34,418 nucleotides of DNA. Origin: a virus (taxonomy: Duplodnaviria > Caudoviricetes). Below, one piece after another: positions 1 to 10,502 of this stretch; position 1 is the first letter of the stretch, and each line of letters begins with the position of its first letter. The DNA is taken from IMG/VR virus record IMGVR_UViG_3300017766_003471, positions 1 through 34,418 of that record; one strand, given 5' to 3'. The notes under the pieces are model-generated. The model had not been told where the DNA came from and ran no database searches. It saw only the letters and a program-made list of their open reading frames with translations. The translations under genes and the position numbers were made by a program.

Positions 1-876
1 TCGCAGTGGTCAATGTATGAACGTTGTCCACTTTCTTGGAAATTAGCTTACATTGATGGATTAGCTCCATTCACATCTTCAATTGATACATGTTTCGGAA
101 CAGCATTTCACGAAACATTTCAATATTTCTTAACGGTTATGTATACCGAATCAGTTAAGAAAGCAGAAGCAATAAATTTTAGAGACATATTAACGGCAAA
201 GCTCAAAGAAGAATATTCACGATGTGTTGCTGAAAATAATGGTGAACATTTTTCAAATCCATTACAATTAGCAGAATACCTTGAAGATGGCGTTGCAATA
301 TTGAATTGGTTTATGAAACGACGCTCACAATACTTTTCATCTAAGAATTGGGAATTGGCAGGCATCGAAATGGAATTGTGTGTACAAGCTTCAGACGAAA
401 ATCCTTCAGTATATTGGTATGGATTTATGGATGTTGTTATGCGACATGTTCCTAGCGGTAAAATATACATATATGACATTAAAACAAGTCGTAATGGTTG
501 GAATCAAAATGCAAAATCAGATTCACTTAAATTAGCTCAGCTTATTACATATAAAAATTATTTTGCAAAACAATATGGTATTCCTAAAGAAAACATTGAA
601 GTTGAATTCTTTGTGGTTAAACGCAAAATAATGGAAGAGTCAATGTTTCCTCAGAAACGCATACAAAACATCAAACCTGCCGCAGGTAGTGTAACACAAA
701 AGCGTGTTCAACGTAGCATTGATTTGTTTATTGAACATTGCTTTGATGCAGAAGGTAATAAACTAGCAGATAAAACATATTTAGCAGTAGCCAGCAAAGG
801 TTCTGCAAATTGCAAGTATTGTCCATTTAAAACTGATTACGAACGATGTCCGAAAGCGAACAGAATAAAAGAATAA
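1..876 (+). CDS. PD-(D/E)XK nuclease, AddB/Cas4-like (5' truncated)
   Basis: Frame is open from base 1 (SQWSMYERCP); FGTAFHE, GFMD, YDIKT and QLITY motifs; N-terminal CP plus C-terminal CKYCPF...C fit an Fe-S staple. Confidence 0.85.
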   Translation, partial: SQWSMYERCPLSWKLAYIDGLAPFTSSIDTCFGTAFHETFQYFLTVMYTESVKKAEAINFRDILTAKLKEEYSRCVAENNGEHFSNPLQLAEYLEDGVAILNWFMKRRSQYFSSKNWELAGIEMELCVQASDENPSVYWYGFMDVVMRHVPSGKIYIYDIKTSRNGWNQNAKSDSLKLAQLITYKNYFAKQYGIPKENIEVEFFVVKRKIMEESMFPQKRIQNIKPAAGSVTQKRVQRSIDLFIEHCFDAEGNKLADKTYLAVASKGSANCKYCPFKTDYERCPKANRIKE

Positions 877-1088
877 AGTATTTGCATGAACATGTTTATG
901 TTTATCAATTCGATATTGAAAATCACCCAACATGGGGTGGTAAGCGTTGGACTACAATGGAATATGCTCTATGCACTAACATTGATGATCCAAACCACAA
1001 AGAAAATAAAAAGCTATTAGAATCTATGCTTAGACTAGTATATGGATATTATCCAAAAGGTGTTAAATTCATAAAGGAACGAGTATGA
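846..1088 (+). CDS. hypothetical protein
   Basis: 80 aa ORF, ATGA-coupled to the next gene. Confidence 0.65.
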   Translation: MSESEQNKRIKYLHEHVYVYQFDIENHPTWGGKRWTTMEYALCTNIDDPNHKENKKLLESMLRLVYGYYPKGVKFIKERV

Positions 1089-1489
1089 CCCGAGTTGCAG
1101 TAGTAGGCAATACAAATTGGCAAAATAAACGCAAAGTACAAGATACACTTCAAATGCTTAAACGTAAGTTTGGAGAAGAATTAACAGTAGTAGGCGCCGG
1201 CGGAACTGAAGGTGCTAATAGTATGGTTAGAAAATATACATTAGAATTTTCAATACGTTATGAAGAATACAATCCTAGTTTTTCCGGATACAACATGTAC
1301 TCCGCTATGCCAGAATCTTATTATGGAAAACCTTATCATTTTAGTCAACTTCATCATCGCATGAAATTGATTGCCGAACGTTGCGATTACATGATGATAC
1401 TAACAAATGAAATGCAATTAGATCCAGTACTTCAAACTGCTTGGTCAAAGACAAAAAAACTTAATAAACCGGTTGTTATATTGGGCTAA
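1085..1489 (+). CDS. SLOG-superfamily (YspA/DUF2493-like) protein
   Basis: RVAVVG near the N-terminus, VVGAGGTEGANSM (GGAxGAD-like), IAERCDYMMI, C-terminal KKLNKPVVI. Confidence 0.7.
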   Translation: MTRVAVVGNTNWQNKRKVQDTLQMLKRKFGEELTVVGAGGTEGANSMVRKYTLEFSIRYEEYNPSFSGYNMYSAMPESYYGKPYHFSQLHHRMKLIAERCDYMMILTNEMQLDPVLQTAWSKTKKLNKPVVILG

Positions 1490-1512
1490 TATATTTATAT
1501 TAAAGTTATAAA
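1490..1512 (+). promoter_or_regulatory. ATATTTATA-type phage promoter; 23-nt exact repeat of 31606-31628
   Basis: TATATTTATATTAAAGTTATAAA lies just upstream of the glycosylation cluster and recurs identically before groEL. Confidence 0.65.
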
Positions 1513-1520
1513 GGAAAAGA

Positions 1521-3005
1521 ATGGAATTACCAAAGTTACAAAAGATTGATCCTAACAAACCTAAGAAAAAGAAAATCTTATTGTTAGCAGATGATTTCCG
1601 CTTACCATCGGGTATCGGAACAATCAGTAAAGAAATTATTTTTAATACAATTCATCACTATGATTGGGTTCAATTAGGTGCTGCACTAAATCATCCTGAT
1701 GCTGGCAAAGCATATGATTTGTCCGAAGATGTTCGCAGAGAAACAGGAGTTGAAGATGCTTCAGTTAAATTAATTCCATATAATGGTTATGGCGATAGAA
1801 ACATTTTGTTTGCATTGTTAAATCAAGAAAAACCAGATGCAATCTTTCACTTTACAGATCCTAGATATTGGACATGGTTGTATGCATTAGAACATGAAAT
1901 TAAAACTACATATGCAACGCCAATTATCTATTATTCAATTTGGGATGATTTACCATATCCAATGTGGAATGCACCTTTTTATGCTAGTTGCGATTTAATT
2001 ATGGGCATTAGTAAGCAATCTGATAATATTCATAGAGAAGTGCTTAAACAGAACGGATTTAAGGTTGTAGATTATGATGATGCTGAACAACCGATAACTG
2101 TCAATTCAGATGAAATCATTACCGGGTTTGTTCCTCACGGATTGAATCATAATACGTTTAAACCTTTAGACGCTAAAGATCCGGTGTTGGTTGATATGCA
2201 CAGAAAAATCAAAACGGATAATGGGGTTGATTTTGTAGTATTTTGGAATAACCGAAATATTAGAAGAAAACAACCAGGAGATGTAATTTTAGCATTTAAA
2301 CATTTTGTAGATGGATTACCGGAAGCTAAACGTCAAACAGTTGCATTATTAATGCACACACAAGTAGTTGATGGCAATGGAACAGATTTACGTGCAGTAT
2401 GGAAAGCAATATGTCCTGATTACAAAGTATTATTTTCGGAAGCAAAATTAAATACGCCGGAATTGAATGCAATGTATAACGTAGCAGATGTTGTAGTTAA
2501 TATTGGTTCAAATGAAGGATGGGGACTTAGTTCAACGGAAGCAATCTTATCAGGAACACCGATTATTAATAATGTTACCGGGGGGTTACAAGATCAATGT
2601 GGTTTTGTAGATGAAAATGACGAATGGATTCGATTTGATAGAGAATTTGCAACAAATCATGATGGTAGATATAAATTACATGGCATATGGGCTAAACCGG
2701 TATTTCCAAGTAATAGAAGCCTACAAGGATCTCCACAAACCCCTTATATCTTTGATGATCGTGTTCGATTTGAAGATGTAGCTGATGCAATTGCATATTG
2801 GTATGACACTCCAGAAACTCTTCGAATTCAAATGGGACAATCAGGAAGAGAATGGGCGTTAAAAAATGGATTAACTGCACAGCAAATGGGTCAGAAAATG
2901 ATTTGGATGATTGATTATTTATTTGAATCAAAACAAGTAATTAGAAAGCGATACACATTAACACCAGTTATAGAAACAAAATACGAAAAAATAGGAATAG
3001 TATGA
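1521..3005 (+). CDS. glycosyltransferase family 4 (GT-B)
   Basis: KILLL..D...SGIG; VPHG; NRNIRRKQPGD; YNVADVVV..SNEGWGLSSTEAILSGTPII. Confidence 0.9.
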   Translation: MELPKLQKIDPNKPKKKKILLLADDFRLPSGIGTISKEIIFNTIHHYDWVQLGAALNHPDAGKAYDLSEDVRRETGVEDASVKLIPYNGYGDRNILFALLNQEKPDAIFHFTDPRYWTWLYALEHEIKTTYATPIIYYSIWDDLPYPMWNAPFYASCDLIMGISKQSDNIHREVLKQNGFKVVDYDDAEQPITVNSDEIITGFVPHGLNHNTFKPLDAKDPVLVDMHRKIKTDNGVDFVVFWNNRNIRRKQPGDVILAFKHFVDGLPEAKRQTVALLMHTQVVDGNGTDLRAVWKAICPDYKVLFSEAKLNTPELNAMYNVADVVVNIGSNEGWGLSSTEAILSGTPIINNVTGGLQDQCGFVDENDEWIRFDREFATNHDGRYKLHGIWAKPVFPSNRSLQGSPQTPYIFDDRVRFEDVADAIAYWYDTPETLRIQMGQSGREWALKNGLTAQQMGQKMIWMIDYLFESKQVIRKRYTLTPVIETKYEKIGIV

Positions 3006-4261
3006 GAACAGCGGTTATATCATCACCAGTAGCAACACAATCTGGTTACGGACACCACGCACGAGAAGTAATTAAACAATTTATAGATAAACGAGGCGAA
3101 GAGTGGGACATTAAATTACTTTCAATGCCATGGGGACATACTCCATTTACATATCCTATTCCGTTTGATTGGCAAAGCAGATTTGTTCCGCTACCATTAA
3201 CGGCACAGCCAGACATCTGGGTTCAAATTACAGTGCCAAATGAATTTCAACCTATAGGTAAATACAATATTGGCGTAACAGCTGGAACCGAAGGCGATGT
3301 TTGTCCATTAGAATGGATTGATAAGATTAATCAAATGCACGTAACAATTGTTCCTAGTGAATTTACTAAATCAGTATTTGAAACAACAGCCAAGAATACG
3401 GGTAAAATAATTACAACTCGTTTACAAGTGATTCCAGAATATTTCGATGATAAAGTTTATGACAATAAAAATGTAACCGTTAAAGTAGCCGGATTAGATG
3501 ATATTAAAGAATCTGCAGCATTTTTAAGTGTCGGACATTGGTTGCAAGGCCAATTGGGGGAAGATCGTAAAAACATTGGAGGACTAGTACATTGTTTCTT
3601 CAATACATATAAAAACAAGAAGGACGCTCCGGCATTGATACTAAAAACTAGCGGTGCAACATATTCAGTAACAGATCGAATAGAAATAGAAGGTCGTATT
3701 AATCAAGTTCGAGATTTGTTTCCGAATGCAAAACTTCCTAGCATATATTTGTTACATGGAGATTTAACAAATGCAGAAATGAATGCATTATACAATCACC
3801 CTAAAGTAAAAGCAATGATATCTTTTACAAAAGCAGAAGGATTTGGCCGGCCATTACTTGAATTTGCAACAACGGGTAAACCAATCATTGCTCCGCATTA
3901 CTCCGGACCTGTAGACTTCTTAAAGAAAGATTTTATGTGTGCGTTGCCAGGAGGATTAACTCCGATTCATCAAACAGCACAAAACGAATTTTTAATTGCT
4001 GAAGCAAAATGGTTTACTGTAGACTACGGATATGCTAGCAAAATGATGCAAGAAGTTTTAAAGAATTATAAAACTTGGAAAGATTTAGCAACGCGTCAAA
4101 GATACTTTGTAAATACTAATTTTACAGAAACTGCAGTTTCTAAACGGTATGATGAAGTATTACAAATTATTGATGATGGAGTTAATAAAATTCCAAAAGC
4201 AGTTGAATTAAAATTGCCACAATTAAAAAAAGTAGAATTACCTAAACTGCAAAAGATATGA
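3002..4261 (+). CDS. glycosyltransferase family 4 (GT-B)
   Basis: SGYG; DRKNIGGL; AEGFGRPLLEFATTGKPIIA (EGFG-x5-E motif). Confidence 0.88.
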   Translation: MRTAVISSPVATQSGYGHHAREVIKQFIDKRGEEWDIKLLSMPWGHTPFTYPIPFDWQSRFVPLPLTAQPDIWVQITVPNEFQPIGKYNIGVTAGTEGDVCPLEWIDKINQMHVTIVPSEFTKSVFETTAKNTGKIITTRLQVIPEYFDDKVYDNKNVTVKVAGLDDIKESAAFLSVGHWLQGQLGEDRKNIGGLVHCFFNTYKNKKDAPALILKTSGATYSVTDRIEIEGRINQVRDLFPNAKLPSIYLLHGDLTNAEMNALYNHPKVKAMISFTKAEGFGRPLLEFATTGKPIIAPHYSGPVDFLKKDFMCALPGGLTPIHQTAQNEFLIAEAKWFTVDYGYASKMMQEVLKNYKTWKDLATRQRYFVNTNFTETAVSKRYDEVLQIIDDGVNKIPKAVELKLPQLKKVELPKLQKI

Positions 4262-4881
4262 AACTAAGTTACGCAATTACAGTTTGTAATGAATTTATTG
4301 AAATACAAAAACTACTCGGATTTTTATTAAAAAATAAACGTGTCGAAGATGAAATTGTAGTTTTATTTGATGAAACTAATGGAGATCTAGAAGTAGAAAA
4401 TTTTTTACGATCATATTCTGCAAAAGTAGGATTTTCATGGCATAAAGAAAAATTTAAAGGACATTTTGCAGATTGGAAAAATCATTTAACAAAATTATGT
4501 ACAGGAGATTATATTTTTCAAATTGATGCAGATGAAATACCACATGAAAAATTAATAGAACTTCTCCCGGAAATTTTACAAGAAAATATTGAATGTGATG
4601 TAATTATGGTACCGCGAGTTAATACGGTAGATGGTTTAACTCAAGAACATATTCAAAAATGGGGATGGCGTGTAGATGAAAAAGGTTGGGTTAATTGGCC
4701 CGATGAGCAATGGAGAATATACAAAAACAATTCAGAAATTAAATGGATAAACAAAGTTCATGAGCGACTAGAAGGCTATAAAGTTTGGACTCATTTACCA
4801 ACAATTGAAGAGTTTGCATTATATCATGCAAAAACAATTAAACGTCAAGAAAAACAAAATACATATTACGAGACATTATGA
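4258..4881 (+). CDS. glycosyltransferase family 2 (GT-A)
   Basis: LSYAITVCNE; FADWKN; GDYIFQIDADE (DxD); WINKVHE. Confidence 0.9.
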   Translation: MKLSYAITVCNEFIEIQKLLGFLLKNKRVEDEIVVLFDETNGDLEVENFLRSYSAKVGFSWHKEKFKGHFADWKNHLTKLCTGDYIFQIDADEIPHEKLIELLPEILQENIECDVIMVPRVNTVDGLTQEHIQKWGWRVDEKGWVNWPDEQWRIYKNNSEIKWINKVHERLEGYKVWTHLPTIEEFALYHAKTIKRQEKQNTYYETL

Positions 4882-5735
4882 GAAAACGAGCTTTAGTTAC
4901 CGGTGGTGCTGGATTCATTGGAACTAATTTAATTAAATTATTACTTCAAAATAACTTCGATGTTATATCAATTGATAATTATTTTACGGGATTTGAAAGT
5001 AATCACATCGATGGAGCTATTTATATTAAACGAGACTTATTAAACATATCTGATTTTCACGAATATGGATCTTTTGATGTAATATTTCATTTAGCTGCAA
5101 TTGCTAGAATTCAACCATCATTTAGTTTACCAGTAGAATATTTTGAAAATAATGCAGTAGCTACTATGAAAATTGCAAAATTTTGTGTAGATACTAATAC
5201 TCCATTAATTTATGCTGGTTCTAGTTCACACCATTCCGGAAAATTTAAGAATCCATATACATTTAGCAAAGATATAGGTGAAGAAATAATCAATTTATTT
5301 CAACAACATTATAATTTAAATGCATCTATATCTAGATTTTATAATGTATATGGGCCACATCATCTTAAAGAAGGTGGATACTGTACCGTTATTGGAAAAT
5401 GGGAACGTGCTATAGAAACTAAACATCCTATAGTAATATATGGCTCTGGAACTAAACGTAGAGATTTTACGCACGTTAATGATATTGTTTCTGCATTACT
5501 ATTAATTTTTGAAAAAAATGCATGGGGGCATATTTTTGAACTAGGTACCGGTAAAAATTATTCTATACAAGAGATTGCAAATATGTTTGAATATGATTCA
5601 ATTGTATATGAAGATGATAAACCTGGTGAAGCAATTGATACACTTTGTGATTCTAGTTTAGCTAAAAATGTATTGAATTGGGAATGTAAATTTAATATTA
5701 AAGATTATATTTTAAACTATATAGGATCTATATGA
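4878..5735 (+). CDS. NAD-dependent nucleotide-sugar epimerase/dehydratase
   Basis: VTGGAGFIG, HLAA, YTFSK (YxxxK), RFYNVYGP, RDFTHV. Confidence 0.92.
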   Translation: MRKRALVTGGAGFIGTNLIKLLLQNNFDVISIDNYFTGFESNHIDGAIYIKRDLLNISDFHEYGSFDVIFHLAAIARIQPSFSLPVEYFENNAVATMKIAKFCVDTNTPLIYAGSSSHHSGKFKNPYTFSKDIGEEIINLFQQHYNLNASISRFYNVYGPHHLKEGGYCTVIGKWERAIETKHPIVIYGSGTKRRDFTHVNDIVSALLLIFEKNAWGHIFELGTGKNYSIQEIANMFEYDSIVYEDDKPGEAIDTLCDSSLAKNVLNWECKFNIKDYILNYIGSI

Positions 5736-6688
5736 ATGATAATTTAATTATATACATATCTTCGCGAAATAATTATGATATGCTTAAAGGCGAAGTATTT
5801 AAAAATATCGACACTGAAGGATTTGAATTAATTAATGTAGATGACAATTCTTCATTAGAAGAAGTCGAAAAAGGAAAACAATATTGTTCTGAGAATAACA
5901 TAGTTTTTTTAGAGAATAAAGATCGCGGGGTACAAATGGCAACGCAAACATTGATTGATTTTATTAAAGAAAATCGACCAAATTGTAAATGGATAATTTG
6001 TTTTCAACATGATATATACCCGATATCTAAAAATTTCTTTAAAACATTATCTAGATATATTTTAGAACAAAAATTAAATGAATTTGGTATTGTTGGATTT
6101 AATGTTTTAGATAATGGCGATTATACTAATGATTCTTTAGATAGATTTAATAATGGCGAAATGCCATTAGGGATGATTGGTATGGCACATTTATCAATTC
6201 GATCAAATTCTGGGAGATGGTTATGTCCTAATCAACAAGATGCATTAATTAATTCAGGCAATTGGAATCAGCCATTTATTTCAGAATTTCCAATGTGGGC
6301 AGCAGTTGGTATTAATGTATCATTATGGAATATGTATATTAAACCTACAAATGAATATCATTTTCATTTATGGTTACCAGATATTGCAATGCAGTTTAAT
6401 TATCTAAACTTTCCATGTTTAACATTGACAAATTTATATTGTTTAAATAATCAATTTTTAAAAGAAAAATATAATATTAATGTTAATTCCGCAACAGGTG
6501 CTAAATCTGGAAATGAGTATCATTTTGGTAAATATTCAAATTTCGATGCTTGGCGTTCTAGATGGGGATGGGACTATGAAAATACAAATACTTTTGAATC
6601 AATCAAACAAAATTACGATAATACATTAATCGGAAAATATTACAAACACGATATACAGATGGGCCCATTAAGAAAGTATAAATTATGA
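5732..6688 (+). CDS. GT-A fold glycosyltransferase (putative)
   Basis: IIYISSRN, INVDDNSS, ENKDRG, WIICFQHD; lies within the glycosylation cluster. Confidence 0.7.
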   Translation: MNDNLIIYISSRNNYDMLKGEVFKNIDTEGFELINVDDNSSLEEVEKGKQYCSENNIVFLENKDRGVQMATQTLIDFIKENRPNCKWIICFQHDIYPISKNFFKTLSRYILEQKLNEFGIVGFNVLDNGDYTNDSLDRFNNGEMPLGMIGMAHLSIRSNSGRWLCPNQQDALINSGNWNQPFISEFPMWAAVGINVSLWNMYIKPTNEYHFHLWLPDIAMQFNYLNFPCLTLTNLYCLNNQFLKEKYNINVNSATGAKSGNEYHFGKYSNFDAWRSRWGWDYENTNTFESIKQNYDNTLIGKYYKHDIQMGPLRKYKL

Positions 6689-7665
6689 AAATATTAGTAA
6701 CAGGTGCAGCTGGCTTAATTGCAAGTCATTTAGTAGATTTTTTATTAGAGCAAGGACATAGTGTAGTAGGCGTAGATGATATGTCATATGGAAACATTGA
6801 AAATTTAAAAAATGCTCATCGAAATAAAAATTTTCAATTTAAAAAAACAAAAGTACAATTTTTAAATCTTTGGAAAGAACATTTTGATGTTATTTATCAT
6901 TTAGCTTCGATGAAAAAACCAGCAAACGGTATTATAAAATCAGCCGATGTTCTAAAAGAAAATTATCAAATGATTGAAATGGTTGTATCGGAAGCAGTAA
7001 AAAATGGTTCATTTTTAATATTTACATCAACTTCTGATGTATATGGGAATTCTACAACATTTTTAGAATCTGAAGCAATTACTATTGGACCTCCTACTAA
7101 TGAACGATATTCATATGCATTATCTAAATTATATGGCGAACAATTTATTTTCAATGAAATTCAACAATCGAATTTAAAAGGATGCGTAGTTAGAGTATTT
7201 GGATGCGCATCTTGGAGATCTAATAAAAGTTGGTCTGGTGGTCATATTCCATTATTTGTAGACAAAGCTTTAAAAGGTGAATCTATACACATTCATGGGG
7301 ATGGGATGCAAACTAGATCAATTAGTCATGCATTAGATATCGCTCATGGATTAAGTAAATTAATACAACATAAGGATATAGTTACTGGACATATTATTAA
7401 TTTAGGTACTGATGAGCAAACTACGGTACGAGAAGTTGCTGAATATATCATATCTAAAACTAATTCAAAATCTGAATTAATTTTTGATGATCGAGAACAA
7501 ATATTTGGAAATTATAAAGAAATTATGAAAAGATTTGCAAATACGACTAAAGCAAAAGAATTAATTGATTTCAAAATAAATTATTTAACTTATCAAGTTA
7601 TAGATGAAATAATCAAGGTATATAGTGATGAAAATAGCGGTTATTACACCAATTCAACATATTGA
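6685..7665 (+). CDS. NAD-dependent epimerase/dehydratase (UDP-glucuronate decarboxylase-like)
   Basis: VTGAAGLIA, FTSTSDVYG, RYSYALSK, GDGMQTRS. Confidence 0.9.
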   Translation: MKILVTGAAGLIASHLVDFLLEQGHSVVGVDDMSYGNIENLKNAHRNKNFQFKKTKVQFLNLWKEHFDVIYHLASMKKPANGIIKSADVLKENYQMIEMVVSEAVKNGSFLIFTSTSDVYGNSTTFLESEAITIGPPTNERYSYALSKLYGEQFIFNEIQQSNLKGCVVRVFGCASWRSNKSWSGGHIPLFVDKALKGESIHIHGDGMQTRSISHALDIAHGLSKLIQHKDIVTGHIINLGTDEQTTVREVAEYIISKTNSKSELIFDDREQIFGNYKEIMKRFANTTKAKELIDFKINYLTYQVIDEIIKVYSDENSGYYTNSTY

Positions 7666-8572
7666 TGGTGTATTAGATATATTACATACAAAAGGAGATG
7701 TATTTTTAAATGAAACTGCATCTAAATTAGAAGTTAGAAAACTTTTATTAAAAGAAAAAATTGATACTATAATTTGTAATCCAAATCAACAGACATATAA
7801 AATTGATCGTGAATTATTAGATGGTACTAATGTAACATTAATTAATACATGCTCAACGGGCATAAATCATATTGATTATGAATATTGTATTGATAATGAT
7901 ATTAAAATATATTCTTTAACTAAAGATTATGAATTAATAAATCATTTGCCATCTACATCGGAATTAGCATTTGGATTGATGTTATCATTATTAAGAAAAA
8001 TTCCAGAATCTAAACAACATGTTTCTGAATATAAATGGGATTATACAAATTTTGTAGGCAGACAAGTTAAAGGACTAAATATTGGAATTATCGGATATGG
8101 TCGTTTAGGAAAAATGATGTTCGATTATTGTTCAGCATTCGGAGCTAATGTAAAAGTTTACGATCCATATAAAAAACAAAATTTTTCAGATTCATTTTTA
8201 TTAAATCATTATACAACATTAGAACAGTTATTTGAAACATCTGATGTAATTTCGCTACATGTACATGTTACTAATGAAACTAAATATTTAGTTGATCATA
8301 ATCTTCTTGGATTATGCAAAAATACTCCTTATATTATAAATACATCAAGAGGTGAAATTGTACGAGAACACGATATTGTTGAAGCGTTAGATAAAAATTT
8401 AATCGCCGGTTATGGAACTGATGTCATAGAAAATGAATTTGATGATTTAACTATGTCACCAATAATTAATGCAATGAATGATAAAAAAAATATAATAGTT
8501 ACTCCACATATCGGAGGAATGACGTTAGAGGGACAAAAAAAGGCATATATATGGGCAGTAAACAAACTTTAA
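7628..8572 (+). CDS. D-isomer-specific 2-hydroxyacid dehydrogenase (SerA-like)
   Basis: TGINHID, GIIGYGRLG, SLHV, INTSRG, GTDV..E, TPHIGG. Confidence 0.9.
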   Translation: MKIAVITPIQHIDGVLDILHTKGDVFLNETASKLEVRKLLLKEKIDTIICNPNQQTYKIDRELLDGTNVTLINTCSTGINHIDYEYCIDNDIKIYSLTKDYELINHLPSTSELAFGLMLSLLRKIPESKQHVSEYKWDYTNFVGRQVKGLNIGIIGYGRLGKMMFDYCSAFGANVKVYDPYKKQNFSDSFLLNHYTTLEQLFETSDVISLHVHVTNETKYLVDHNLLGLCKNTPYIINTSRGEIVREHDIVEALDKNLIAGYGTDVIENEFDDLTMSPIINAMNDKKNIIVTPHIGGMTLEGQKKAYIWAVNKL

Positions 8573-9114
8573 AGGTATTAGTAATAATACCGGCAAAATT
8601 GGATTCGACAAGACTTCAAAACAAAAATATTCAACAAATTAATGGAAGACCGATGATTGAATATTCAATTGAATATGCAAAAATAAGTAAGTATAATCCT
8701 ACAATTGTAGTTTCGTCAGAAAGTCCAGATGTATGGGATATTGCGTTAAAAAATAATGTATCATGGACAGCTCGTCCAGATCACCTTTTAAAGGATGCTG
8801 AAGTTACCGATGTATACATTGATTTTTGCAGTAAAATTGAAGATGGAAAGTATGATTTAGTTGTAGCATTACAGCCAGATAATCCAAATCGTTCACATAC
8901 ACTAGACGAATGTATTGATTATATGATTTCAAATAATTATGATGATTTAATTACTGTTAATCCTTCATATAAAAGAAGCGGATCAGTTAGAGTTTTTAAA
9001 TTTGAATATTTGAAAAATTCGATGGTTAGTAAAAGAATTGGTTGTATACGCGATGCTGCAATTGATATTCATTATTTAAATGATTTAAAACAAGTAGAAC
9101 AAAAAATAGGTTAA
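8551..9114 (+). CDS. neuA: CMP-nonulosonate synthetase / acylneuraminate cytidylyltransferase (NeuA-like)
   Basis: IIPAKLDSTRLQNKNI (PARxGSKxxxxKN-like), ARP..L, LQPDNPNR, AIDIH. Confidence 0.8.
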   Translation: MGSKQTLKVLVIIPAKLDSTRLQNKNIQQINGRPMIEYSIEYAKISKYNPTIVVSSESPDVWDIALKNNVSWTARPDHLLKDAEVTDVYIDFCSKIEDGKYDLVVALQPDNPNRSHTLDECIDYMISNNYDDLITVNPSYKRSGSVRVFKFEYLKNSMVSKRIGCIRDAAIDIHYLNDLKQVEQKIG

Positions 9115-9115
9115 T

Positions 9116-9703
9116 ATGGCAAAATTTGGAAAAGAACGATTTCCGTCTGATTATCAAAATGCAGTAGGAATGAACGCAAGTTCGACATTACATGAAAATT
9201 CGAAAGAATTAGTTAAACTTCTTAAACGATATAATATTTTAAATTCTGATTCAAAAATCTTTGAGTTAGGAGCTGGTCCCGCTAGAAATTTGTATTATAT
9301 CAATGAAGAATTTAAAACCAATAACATTTATTGTAGCGATCTGTTTGCAGAAGCTTCGAAGAATAATATGTCTGAGTCAATAAGGAATATAATTACATTC
9401 TATGAAGGAGACTCACAAGATATCATTGATAATAATATTATTAAAGATTTAGATTTGTTTTTAGTTTCAGATCATTTTATGCATTTACAATATGAAAAAG
9501 CTGATTATGTTATTAAAATGATTTTAAAAAATTGGAATCCTAAATATATAATGTTACGTGAACTAAAAAAAGAATTTGAAACACCAGAACACCCTAGATT
9601 ATTTCATAATTATGATCAGTTTTTACAAAAATATGATTTAATTTTAGAAACAACTAGTAAACAAACTGATGCTTATTTTATTTGGTTATTAAAAAGAAAA
9701 TAA
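9116..9703 (+). CDS. class I SAM-dependent methyltransferase
   Basis: IFELGAGPARNL (motif I), YCSD, HFMHL. Confidence 0.75.
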   Translation: MAKFGKERFPSDYQNAVGMNASSTLHENSKELVKLLKRYNILNSDSKIFELGAGPARNLYYINEEFKTNNIYCSDLFAEASKNNMSESIRNIITFYEGDSQDIIDNNIIKDLDLFLVSDHFMHLQYEKADYVIKMILKNWNPKYIMLRELKKEFETPEHPRLFHNYDQFLQKYDLILETTSKQTDAYFIWLLKRK

Positions 9704-9704
9704 T

Positions 9705-10502
9705 ATGAGAATAATAGCAGAAATTGGTTGGAATCATTGCGGTGATATGAATCTAGCAAAAGAAATGATTAAAGCAGCTGCAGATAGCGGAGCTGATTAT
9801 GCTAAATTTCAAACTTGGTCTGTTTCTAGATTAAAAACAGGCGATTGGGACGTCGACGGCCGCAGGGAGATTTATGAGCAAGCTGAATTAACAAAAGAAC
9901 GTCATGAAGAATTAATTTCATATTGTAAAGAAATGAATATTTCTTTTTTATCATCAGTTTTTAGTATCGAAGATGCCAAACTATTAGTAGAACTAAAATG
10001 TAATTCAGTTAAAATACCTAGTTTTGAATCTAGAAATATTGAATTAATTAAATATTGCAATAATCATTTTGAAACAGTATTTATGTCAACAGGTACGTCG
10101 ACATTAGAAGAAATTAAATACAGTATAAGTTTTTTTAATAAAGCAACATTGTATTTAATGCATTGCGTTTCAGTATATCCAGGAAAATATGAAATTGCAA
10201 ATCTTCCAAAAATGATTGCGTTAAAGCAAGTACATGATTTAGTTGGATATAGTGATCATATTGAAGGAATTGAATCTGCTAAAATTGCATTAGGATTAGG
10301 TGCAGTTGTTATTGAAAAACATTTTACAATCGATAATAATCTGCCAGGCAGAGATAATAAGTTTGCAATACTTCCAAATGAATTACTTGGATTACGTAAA
10401 TATATTAATTATATTCATGATATGATGATAGATCATGGAACTGGTTACAATGAATTAGAATTTGATTCTAGAACAAATTATGCAGGTAGATTTAATGGAT
10501 AA
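9705..10502 (+). CDS. neuB: N-acetylneuraminate/nonulosonate synthase (NeuB family), no obvious C-terminal SAF domain
   Basis: IIAEIGWNHCGD, GADYAKFQ, SVF, KIPS, STG, HCVSVYP, GYSDH, IEKHFT. Confidence 0.92.
   Translation: MRIIAEIGWNHCGDMNLAKEMIKAAADSGADYAKFQTWSVSRLKTGDWDVDGRREIYEQAELTKERHEELISYCKEMNISFLSSVFSIEDAKLLVELKCNSVKIPSFESRNIELIKYCNNHFETVFMSTGTSTLEEIKYSISFFNKATLYLMHCVSVYPGKYEIANLPKMIALKQVHDLVGYSDHIEGIESAKIALGLGAVVIEKHFTIDNNLPGRDNKFAILPNELLGLRKYINYIHDMMIDHGTGYNELEFDSRTNYAGRFNG

Noticed and set aside
1-876. Cas4-like nuclease as evidence of CRISPR-Cas
   Set aside because: No repeat-spacer array or other cas genes are visible; stand-alone PD-(D/E)XK nucleases are common in phages
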